Shown: piece after piece, positions 12,299-24,400 of the stretch
Layout: the number at the start of each line of letters is the position of its first letter
Numbering within the stretch: position 1 is the first letter of the stretch
Assembly: GCF_006345805.1 (NCBI RefSeq)
Contig: NC_042997.1
Location: 207,204,001 to 207,268,000 of the forward strand
DNA from: Octopus sinensis
Taxonomy: Eukaryota
Length of the DNA: 64,000 bases
Reading direction: 5' to 3'
Made by a program: the position numbers and the translations under genes
The notes under the pieces: model-generated
The model's database searches: none
Seen by the model: the letters and a program-made list of their open reading frames with translations, nothing else
Told to the model about the DNA's origin: nothing

Positions 12299-15200
12299 AT
12301 TTCGGAGACAGAAACTTAATGAAATCAATCGTATATATATATATGTATGTATATATTTATGTGTATGTGTGTGATTTTGTTTCTGTTATTCACCCTCATC
12401 ACTGCTTCACAACTGCTGTTCGTTTATTGACAACTCCATAAGTTATTGGTTTCACAAGAAGAAACTAATAGAATAAGTACCAGGCTTATTAACATAAAAA
12501 AAGCACTGGGCTGTGTCTCATATCTTTGTTTGCCCACTCAGTAGTATCTATCAATTTATCTTTGTGTGTGTGTAAATATATATATATAACACACACACAT
12601 GCACACACACACACATACACACATATATATATATATACATACATGTGTATGTGCAGATTCATATCTATTATATCAAAGTCAATGACTTTATGTGTTCGTG
12701 TATTACTTATACATTTGAAAACTGCAGCACCGATCCTAATGAAATTTGGAACACAAAATCCAAGTCTAGGGAGAAGGGTAATGCTGTGTGTTTCATACAA
12801 TTTCCTGGACCAAAATTACTGAATGGATCCTTATGATATTTGAAACTTAAATTCAATGCATAAGGGTGGGTATAATGCAATATGTTTGGTTTGAATTTCA
12901 TATGGCTTAAAGGGGGCAGAACCCCCATGAAGATTCATAAATTTTCGATGTTGATGAAATTTCAACCATGGGTAATTGACACACATCAAGAAGTATTCTC
13001 AAAGTTTCCACTTCACATGAGGATTCTAAGACACCCAAATGGGGGCCTTAACTCCCAAATTTTTGTAATTTCTTTTATGATCCAAAACTATGTCAAAAGT
13101 ACTGAATGAATCTTTACGAAATTTGGAAATTATATTCTATGCATAAGGGCCACAACCCCCATGACAATTCATATATTTTTGCTGTTGATGAAATTTTAAC
13201 CATAGATATTAGACACAAAGAAGTAATATTTATAAAATTTCATCTTCTTACAAGTTACAAAGACCCCTCCATGGGGTCTTAACACCCACATTTTGTCATT
13301 TTATCTAAGCAAAGACGAATACAGTTGTAGTCTTCGAAGATGTAGGGTTACCCAAGCATAAAAGATGAGCATCATTTGTAATTCAATGGTACAACAGTGT
13401 AACAGTTTGCTTTGACATACACTTACATTGTGATTTCTGCAATGTGCTGCATAAATTGTCAAGTAAATGAGAGGCATCTTTGCCTCCACTGATTCAGTTT
13501 CAAAGTGTTGAGTAAAGTTATTTGATTGCAGACCTCCTTTCAGTCTTTTTATTATCACTTGGTCACACATAGTCCCCTGATGGTAACATTGATTTCAAGG
13601 CATTCCCAGATGAGTGACTGGTTATTCAAAGACATTTATAGATTGTAAATTTATTCTCTCCAGTTCCATATCAGTATAGCGGTCATTTGCAAACTCCAGA
13701 GGTGACACTTTCGTTTCTCCTTAGCCCTCACGTCACACAGTTGTTAATGTTGATTTCAGTTGGGTCACGCCCTTCCAATTGCTATAGATTCATAATGAAT
13801 CTTACGGCTGTGCCTGTCACCTGTGTGGTGAGGAATCCTACATTGGGAGTAGTAACGACTAGGGTACAGTAGCTGACTGCTTATTGTGATCATTTGTCTT
13901 TTGGTTTCCTGTAGCTTTGCTCTCTTTTACAAACCCAGTGAACATATATTTCCTATTTCAAAGAAATTCAAACAATAGATATAAGACCCAAGTTAAAACG
14001 ATTCTCAACAATTCAACTTCTCTGCTTGACTTTAAGACACCCACCCCCAACAGGGGCCTTAACTCTCACATTTTAGAGCTCCATGACCTTCATTTTTCAG
14101 GAGCAAAATCCTTTTACAGGTTGTATAAGACTGGAATTTTGGAATATGCGCATAAAAATCAGTAGTATGGGATACATGTGTTATGATTACAATTTTTTTA
14201 GGGTGTGTAAAGAGGGAAATAACCCTCATCTGCAATTTTGATGAAATTTGAAACATAGATATTCCAGTTCATTGCAGAAAATATAACAGAACAGTCTAAT
14301 TCTTCAATTGCATGTAACACGGGCTACGCTGGGTATCTCTGCTAGTATATTATATATATGTATATATACAAATATAAGAAAAGAAATGGAGCAACAGTTA
14401 ACAATTAGAAGTTGATTATTGGTATTAGAATGTCATAGTTTAATTGTAGTTCCCGAACATTTACAGCTGTTTCAGTTTGTTATTTCAAAGTAAATTTGCA
14501 TTTATCTTGTTCCTTTTAACAAATATTGTCAAAATGGTTTAGAGTTTATCAGAGCAATATAGATAGGAGTAAAATGGAATTGAAAAGTAAAAGGGAAAAA
14601 AAAGTTCAAGCCTTTAGGCTTACATTTTTGTGTGGTTTTTGGGTTCCACATGCGTGTACATTTCTTCAACTAGATGAATGGAGTAGTTAGTGGGGAGAAT
14701 GACTAGTTGACAGGCGGTGTTAGCCAAAGGAGTTATACCTGGTGGAGATATCCGGTGTTGTTAAATGTAATATACAATACTGTTTGTGACCGCTAGGTTA
14801 GTTCCTATGATTACAAATAATACCCTTGTTAAAAACTAAGGATACTTTTGAAAAGTTATTTTGATATAATGTATAAATTTGGGTTACGTAAAAGGTGTAA
14901 CAATAAAAATATGAATAAAAAATTGCATGTTGTTATGTGTGGTGCAGGCTATCTACTTGTTAATATAACTAACAACCAATACAGTCGGCTAGGATAAGCT
15001 AAATCGCTCATTTAAAATCATGTTTATTCTAGTGGCCGCCCTAGCAATTGCTGTGTTAGCAATCTAACTTTAAAGTGAATATATTATAGAGAATTATATG
15101 TCCTGGTGTACATTGTAGATTTAAGATAGATAATTCAGTTAATTGGGGTAATTTAATTTAATTTCATTGTGATGTGATATGAAATTATGCTCTGTGGTGA

Positions 15201-18200
15201 GGGAGAGGGTTAGGAGAGCTAATCAGATGATAGGTAGGTCAGCTAGTAACTTGTAATGTGGGTTTTAGTGGTATTTAGAGAATAAGAATTTATCTTTATG
15301 TAAACATGTTATATTGTAAACAAGGAAAACCAAAATCACAGCTGTGGCCAGTGCCCCATGACTGGCCCCTGTTCTGGTAGCACGTAGAAGGCATCATCCA
15401 AATGTGGCCGATGCTAGTACCCACTGACTGGCTCCCATGCAGGTGGTGTATAAAAAGCGCTATCCAAACGCGATCAATGCCAGGACTGCCTAGCTGGCTC
15501 CTGTGCTGGTGGGACGTAAAAAGCACCCACTACACTCTCGGAGTGGTTGGCATTAGGAAGAGCATCCAGCTGCAGAAAATCTGCCAGATCAAGACTGGAG
15601 CTTGGTGCAGCCTGCTGGCTTTCCAGACTTCAGTTAAACCATCCAACTCATGCCAGCATGGAAAACGGATGTTAAACAATGATGATGATGATGATGATGA
15701 TGATGATAGTGATGATGATATTTATATATGTATATATCAGATCATCCCATAAGTTCTGTCCGAATTTTGAATAAAGAAAACAAGTGATCAAATGTTATAT
15801 TTAATTGAAATTTAATTATCAAAGTACTTTCCCTGATTATCTATGACTTCCTTACTCTTTTGGTTTCTAAGTGATGAACTCTGAAATGTCAGTTTCGACC
15901 TCCTCCTGGCTTGCGAATGTTATGTCCCCCAAATGATTCTGTAAACTACGAAGAAAATGGTAGTCTGAAGGAGCAAGGTCGGGAGAATAAGGTGGATGAG
16001 GAATATTTTCCCAACCAAGTTCTTTGATCTTCTGTGATGTGATCTTTGCAGTGTGGGGTCGCGCATTGTCCTGATGAAACATCACTCCTTTTTGATTCAC
16101 TGAAGCAGGTCTTTTTTTCTTCAAAGCTTGGTTCAAATGTTCTAATTGCTGACAGTAGACTTGAGCATTGATTGTTGCATTAGGTGGTGACAATTCAAAG
16201 TGAATTACTCCTTTGCAATCCCACCAGATAGAGAGAAGAACCTTTTTTCCAAGAAGTTCCTTTCTCAGTTGTGGTTGAGCTTTTTCCTTTTTACCACGCC
16301 ACTGTTTACAATGTTTAACATTTCAATAGAAGATCCATTTTTCGTCACCAGTCACAAGTCTATCCAAAAAGGGTGAAATGAGTTCACGAGAATGGAGAGA
16401 AGAGCAGATGTCAACTCGGGATTTGCGGATGCTTTCAGACAATTCATGAAGCACTCATTTTCCAAGATTAGGAACCTTTCCAAGTTGTTGAAGATGACGA
16501 TGAACAGATGTATGGTTTGAACTAAGCTTTATTGCCAATTTTTCTACTGATTATGCAGGATTTTCTTCAAGTAATGCCTCAAGGAGCTTATCATCAAACT
16601 CAATTGGATATCCTGTTCAATGTTCATCTTCAAGGCTGAAATATCCACTTTTGTGTTTTGCAAACCATCTTCTACAAGTTCTTTCATTCAAGCATTCTTT
16701 CCCATAAACTGAGTGTATGTTTCGAGTCGCTTCGGCTGCAGAGTTTCCCTTTTTTTGTACTCATAAAGCATTATGTGCCTCAAATGCTCTTTGGATACTT
16801 CCATGTTAGAAAGGGTTTTAATCAAAGAAATTTTAATTCTATTATTCAGTAAAATAATATTTAATTAGTTTAAATGTATACAAATTTAGTTAGTTAGTTA
16901 GTTAATTTTTTGGCTCAAAAAGCAAAAAGCAAGGCCATGTAGGGGGACATGGAGTTATGTACAGGGTGGTGTTCATGTAAAGAGTTCAGGTCACTTGAGG
17001 TCAAGGGAGACCTTGAACAGAGCGGTCGTCGGCATTTTCACTATCTCGTCCGGCAGCTTATTCCACGGAACCGAAATCCGGACGGAGAAAGCCCCTCTCC
17101 TTCGATTGAGATGAAATCATCGCAGATAGAGCTTTGCGGAGTGACCCTGCAGCTGACGCACTGGAGCAGGAGTGAAGAACAGCTCTTTCGAGAGGTTACA
17201 CTTTCCGCTTATGATGTTGTGAGCAAGAATGAGATCACGGCGGCGGTGTTTTTCAAGAGAATAAAGGTCGAGTGTCTTCAGCCTTTCTTCATAAGACAAA
17301 TTCTTGAAACCAAGAACTATGCGGGTAGCCAGATTCTGGACTCTTTCGAGATGCTGTATGTCTTTGAGGAGATAAGGAGAAGAGGCTTGAATCCCATACT
17401 CCAATATGGGTCTCACGAGCGTGACATAGAGCGGTAGAAATATAGCTGCTGGGAGCATTCCGAATGACCGTCGAATCAAGAACAGAATTCCATGTGTTTT
17501 GTTGGCAGCATGCATAAAAACAATTTTTAATTCCTTTAGACATTCTGAAATCCTATTAAATTTCATTCAATTTTAAAAAAGGTAAAATCAGAAAGAACTT
17601 ATGGGATGACCTGATATATGAATATATATTTCATCATCATCATCGTTTAACGTCCATTTTCCATGTTGGCATGGGTTTGACGGTTTGACTGGGGACTGGC
17701 AAGCCAGGAGGCTGCAGCAGGCTCCAATCTGATTTGGCTGTGTTTCTACAGCTGGAGGCCCCTCCTAACACCAACCAGGTGGTCCTGGCATCGACCACAT
17801 TCAGATAGGGCTTTTTGTGTGTTACTGGCACAGGATCATATATATATATATATATATATCATCATCATCATCATCATCGTTTAACGTCCGTTCTCCATGC
17901 TAGCATGGGTTGGATGGTTCGACCGGGGATCTGGGAAGCCAGAAGGCTGCACCAGGCTCTAGTCTTATCTGGCAATGTTTCTACAGCTGGATGCCCTTCC
18001 TAACGCCAACCACTCCGTGAGTGTAGTGGGTACTTTTTATGTGCCACCCGCACAGGTGCCAGGCGAGGCTGGCAACGGCCACGGTCGGTTTGGTGCATTT
18101 TACGTGCCACCGGCACGGAAGCCAGTCGAGGCGGCGCAGGCATCGGCCACGATTCGGATGGTGCTTTTTATGTACCACCAGTCCAGGGGTCCTGGCATCT

Positions 18201-21192
18201 GCTGGGTGCCAGTCATAGGATTGGTTCAATTTCGATTCCGATTCCGATTTCGATTTCACTTGCCCCAACAGGTCTTCGCAAGCAAAGGGGGGTTGGCATG
18301 GGTGCCTGTCGTTGGATGAGGTTCGATGACTTCTCTTGCCTCAACAGGTCTTTGTGTGTCCAAGGGAGGAAAGGCATGCATAAGTGGGCTGGACTCACTT
18401 GTCCTGCCTGGTCTTCTCACGTACAGCATATTTCCAAAGGTCTCAGTCGCTGGTCATTTCCTCATGAGGCCTAAAGTTCGAAGGTCGTGCTTCACCACCT
18501 CGTCCCAGGTTTTCCTGGGTCTACCTCTTCCACGGGTTCCCTCAACTGCTAGGGATTGGCGCTTTTTCACACACCTATCTTCATCCATTCTCTCCACATG
18601 ACCATACCAGCGCAATCGTCTCTCTTGCACACCACAACTGATGCTTCTTAGGTACAACATTTCTCTCAAGGTACTAACGCTCTGTCGAGTATGTACACTG
18701 ACATTACACATCCATCGGAGCATACTGGCTTCATTCCTCACGAGCTTACGCATGTCCTCAGCAGTCATGGCCCATGTTTCACTGCCATGTAGCATGGCTG
18801 TTCGTACACATGCATCATACAGTCTGCCTTTTACTCTGAGCGAGAGGCCTTTAGTCACCAGCAGAGGTAAGAGCTCCCTAAACTTTGCCCAGGCTATTCT
18901 TACCCTAGCAGTTACACTTTCAGCACACCCACCCCCACTACTGACTTGGTCACCTAGATAACAGAAGCTATCAACTACTTCTAGTTTTTCCCCCTGGAAA
19001 GTGACGGAAGTTGTTTTCTGCAGATTTTCAGAGGTTAATGCTCCCGAGCATCTGCCACATACAAAAACCATCTTCCTAGTTAGCCTTCCTTTGACATTGC
19101 TGCACCTCTTATGTGTCCATAGCTTACACTTGGTGCATCTTATAGAGTTTCTACCTACACCTTTTCTACAGATCGAGCAGGGCCATCTACCTGAAGGCCT
19201 TTGTGATTTGTCTACCTTCCTACTGATTACGACTTTGGTTTTAGCTAGGTTGACTCTAAGGCCCATCGATTCTAAACCCTCCTTCCACACCTGGAACTTC
19301 TCCTCCAGTTCTGATAGTGACTCAGCAATTAGAGCAAGGTCGTCAGCATAGAGGAGCTCCCAGGGGCAACCTGTCTTGAATTCCTCCGTAATTACCTGGA
19401 GGACTATGATAAATAGGAGGGGGCTGAGTACTGAACCCTGGTGGACCCCAACCTCTACTTTGAATTCTTCTGTGTACATGTTGCCAACCCTCACCTTACT
19501 TATGGCATCCCTGTACATGGCTTGCACAGCCCTCACCAGCCATTCATCTATCCCTAGTTTCCTCATTGACCACCAGATAAGGGATCGGGGGACCCTGTCA
19601 AAGGCTTTCTCTATGTCAACGAAAGCCAGGTACAGGGGCTTATCTTTGGCTAAGTATTTCTCCTGCAGCTGCCTTACCAGGAATATAGCATCAGTGGTAC
19701 TTTTCCCTGGCACGAACCCAAACTGCATCTCATCAAAACTAACTCTCTCTCTAATTAGTCGGGCTATGACCCTCTCTGTAACCTTCATTACCTGATCCAA
19801 CAGCTTGATACCTCTGTAATTATTTGTATCTAGGGCGTCACCTTTACCTTTGTAGCAGTTGACTATGGTGCTGCTACACCAGTCATTGGGTATGACTCCT
19901 TCGTGTATCACCTGGTTAACTATATGGGTGACTAGGTTATAGCCGACACTGCCAGATATTTTGAGCATCTCTGCAGTAATTCCTGATGGGCCTGTGGCTT
20001 TCCCTGTCTTCATGCTTCTAATTGCTTTAACTACCAAAGAATTGTCAACTCGGATGGCTGGTCCCTCTGTTGGGTTGACATTCGGCAGACTCTCTTTATC
20101 CCATTCATTTTCTTTATTCAGCAACCTTTCATAGTGGCATCTCCAAACCTCTCTCTTTGCATCCTCATTTAGCACAAGTGAATCATCATCCATGCGAACA
20201 CATTTCTCTCCTACCACATCATGATTCTCTCTCACACACTGTCTTGCAACACGAAATACCTCAAGTCTTTGGTCCTCACAGTGCAGAACATTGGCAAATT
20301 TTTTCTTATCTGCTTTCCCTCTGGCTAAATAGACCTGTCTCCTAGCTTCCCTTCTGGCTGTCTGATACAATTCCCTGCTACCACGGTTCTTCCAGTCCTT
20401 CCAAGCCTGTCTCTTTTGTCTAATAGCCCTGTCAACCACAGTGTTCCACCACCACATTACTCTGGGTCGAGATGGTACTTTGCTCCATCCACAGATCTGG
20501 TCAGTGGCTGTCAGCAGATTGTCCCGTAGAAATCTCCAGTTGTCTTCTACATTAAGTGAAGCTATATCCCCTTCTATTTCGTTGAAAGCTTCGAGTAGTA
20601 TGTCTCTAAATCTCTGTCCATTTGCAGGATCTTTAAGCTTCCAGAACCTTCTCCTCCAAGCTGGTCTTCTTCTGGGCAACCATTTAGCTCTGATCCTGAA
20701 GTCGCTAACTACTAATCTATGTTGAGGAGTACATTCTTCGCCTGGAAAGGTTTTGGCATTTATAAGCAGCCCTCTTTCCCTTTTTCTGGCAAGGATGTAG
20801 TCAATCTGGCTAGTGTGTCTGCCAGAACGGTAGGTGACTAGGTGAGAGGTGGGTTTTCTGAAGTTGGTATTGCAAACCATAAGGTCATTTGCATCGCAGA
20901 ACTCCAGCAGCCTGGTTCCCTCCTCATTACGAGAGCCAAAACCGTAGCCTCCATGAACGCCATGGAAGCCCCTGACATGCCGTCCAACATGTCCATTGAA
21001 TTCACCTGCCACAAAGAGAAGGTCACTGTCATTTGTGAACGAGGTTGTCCGCGATAGGGTGTCGTAGAATTGGTCTTTCTGTCCTTTCGGTAGCTCTGAT
21101 TGAGGGGCATATGCCGAGATGATGGTAGCTGACCTATGGTGAAGCACTAATCTAATCTTAAGTACTCTGTCACTTACTCTGACTACCTTGAT

Positions 21193-21239
<47 letters not shown>

Positions 21240-21332
21240 AATATTATTATACACGCCTCCTGTACATTTTTACATATTTTTCTTTGTTAAATATCTACAA
21301 CCCCATGTAAACATGATCTGACACCTTTATGT

Positions 21333-21406
<74 letters not shown>

Positions 21407-24400
21407 CTTCTGGGTTTGTACCCCCACCATTGCTTGACAACTGATGTTGCTGGGTTTACATCCCTGTAACTTAGCTGTTTGGCAAAGCACACTGATAGAA
21501 TAAGCATTAGGCTTACAAAGAATAAATCCTGGGGTCGATTTCTTCAACTAAAAGCGGTGCTCAAGCACGGATGCAGTCACATGACCAAAACAAGTAAAAC
21601 AATAAAAAAAACTATGCCATTTTAACCCCAAGTAATGCCAGGTACCTCTGCCAATACATATATGCTATTAACCAAAAAAATGGAGATATAAAGACTACAA
21701 AAAAAAAGAACAACGCAAGGACATGGTACATGCAAAGAATTAATAAAACGTTCAGAGAAGGAAAGAAAGGGTGGTTGTTTTACATTTCAAGGAGGACTCT
21801 TCTTTGTAAACAGAGGAAAGTCCAAAAGAAATGGAAAATGGAGGAGAAATACTGTCAACAGTCGATGTGTAGTTATATATAAATATATATATATACAGGT
21901 TGCCCCTGGGAGCTCCTCTATGCTGATGACCTGGCTCTCATAGCAGAATCACTACTGGAACTAGGAAAGAAATTTCGGTAGTGGAAGCAAGGGTTAGAAT
22001 CAAAGAGCCTTAGAGTAATTGTAGCAAAGACCAAAGACCAAAGTTATAGTGAGCAGAAAGGCGAACTCAGCACACACCCCATCGGGCAGGTGGCCCTGCT
22101 CGATCTGTAGGAAAGGTGTAAGTAGAAACTCCATAAGATGTACCCAGTGTAAGCTATGGACGCATAAGAGGTGCAGCAACATCAAAGGGAAATTAACTGA
22201 TGAGATAGCTTTCAGGTGTGGCAGATGCACAGGGGCAATAGACAACACAAATACTCAGAAAACAGATCCCATCACACTCCAGGGTGAGAAACTAGAAGTA
22301 GTTGATAGTTTCTGCTACCTGGGTGACCAAGTTAGTAGTGGAGGTGGATGCTCAGAGAGTATCACCACTAGAATACGAATAGCCTGGGCAAAGTTTAGAA
22401 AACTTCTACCCCTACTGGTGACAAAGGGACTCTCGCTCAGAGTGAAAGGTAAATTGTATGATGCATGTGTATGAACTGCCATGCTTCACGGCAGTGAAAC
22501 ATAGGCTGTGACTGCAGAGGACATGCATAGACTTGAAAGAAATGAAGCTAGCATGATCCGCTGGATATGTAATGTCAGTGTGCACACACGACAGAGCGTA
22601 AGCACCCTGAGAGAAATGCTGGACATAAGAAGCATCAGATGTGGTGTGCAAGAGTGACGCATGCGATGGTATGGTCATGTACTGCGGATGGATGAAGAGA
22701 GATGTGTGAAGAAGTGCCGCTCCCAAACAGTTGAAGGTATCAGGGGGAGAGGTAGACCCTGGAAGACATGGGATGAGGTAGTCAAGGATGACCTCATAGC
22801 GTTGGGCCTCACAGAAGCAATGACGAAGGACCGAGATCTCTGGAGATATGCTGTGACTGCAAAGACCCGGGCTGCTTCCTGCACCAGTTCCGCATAGTCC
22901 CTGCCCATTCAAAGTACCTTGGATTTCAGAACAACCTTCTGTGCTTGAGGAGACCTGTTGAGTCAAGTACATGAACATCGAAATAAATATCAATGGAAAT
23001 AGTTGTGATACCTGTGCCGGTGGCACATAAAGAGCACCATCCAAACGTGGGCGATGCCAGCGCCACCTCGACTGGCTTCTGTGCCAGTGGCACATTAAAA
23101 GCACCAACCGATTGTGGCCACTGCCAGACTCCCCTGGCACCTGTGCCGGTGGCACGTAAAAAGCACCCACTACACTCGCAGAGTGGTTGGCGTTAGGAAG
23201 GGAATCCAGCTGTAGAAACTCTGCCAGATCAGACTGGGCCTGGTGCAGTCTCCTAGCTTCCCAGACCCTGGTTGAACCGTCCAACCCATGCTAGCGCAGA
23301 AAACAGGTGTTAAACGATGATGATGATATATATACAGGGTGTGTAATGTATTCGAGTACGTACCTTTTTTTTGCTCATTGTTGCATTTTTTGCTTACTCT
23401 GTATAATCTTTGTTTGAGAAAATAATAATGGCTGACCCTCAGCTTACTCAAGAAACGAAGACACATGCTGTTATTGTGGTTATAAAGGCTGAGTATAGCA
23501 ATTTAGAAATATCTCGATTTTTAAAAGTTGTCAGATCTTTCATCAACGTTTGTAAGGAGCTAGGGACTGAAGATGGAAACATATTACCAGTATCAAAGCA
23601 TAAAAAGCATTCCAAACGCTCTGAAATCACCAGAACACCTGAATTTATCCAGCAGGTTCCACAGACCATTGATTACAATCTCAGAAAGTCCATGAGATCA
23701 ATTGCAAAACATCTCCATGTGTATGAAGGAACAGTGAGAAATGTTGTCTAGAAAGACATCAGATATAAGTCTTATATGATGAAGGAAGGTCAAAGTGTCA
23801 GGAAGAGCAAAAGAAAATCACTATATCAGATCTAAAAGACTCTTAAAAAAACTGAAAAATCCAGCAAAAGAAGATTTGATTTGGTATTTCTCAAGCGAGA
23901 AAAACCTTGGCCAAGATCAAAAAGTTAACAGAAAAAATTACAGATGGAAATGACTGTCACAGATCCTTCTAAAGTTCCAAGTGTTATGCATACAAAATTT
24001 CCTGCAGCCGTCATGGTTTTAGGCATTGTCAGAAATGGAGGACATGTAATGCCTCCTTACTTCTTTCCACAAGGCCTTAGAATTAAGTCTGTCTCCTACA
24101 TTGAAGTCCTGGAAATAATTGTTAAGCCCTGGATAGACAGTGTATGCAAAGGCCACATGTGTTTCAGTAAGACTCTGCACTGTCACACATGGATCTAGTA
24201 ACACAGGAATGGATGGCTGAGAATTTTCATGATCACATAACCCCTAACATTTAATCTCCTAATTTCCCTGATCTCAGTCCATGTGGAGCATTGTTGAAAG
24301 AGATCTCAATCAACATACCCAAAACAAAGATTCTTTGAAAGCTGCCATTATCAGAGTAATGTCCAAAATGTGACCAGGACCACTTGATTCGAGCATGTGG

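Noticed and set aside
21200-21240. MHIYIYIY start giving copy B a complete ORF
   Set aside because: The start is TTG in flanking DNA and the residues are translated (TA)n. The N-terminal APE motifs seen in copy C are missing, so B cannot be called autonomous.
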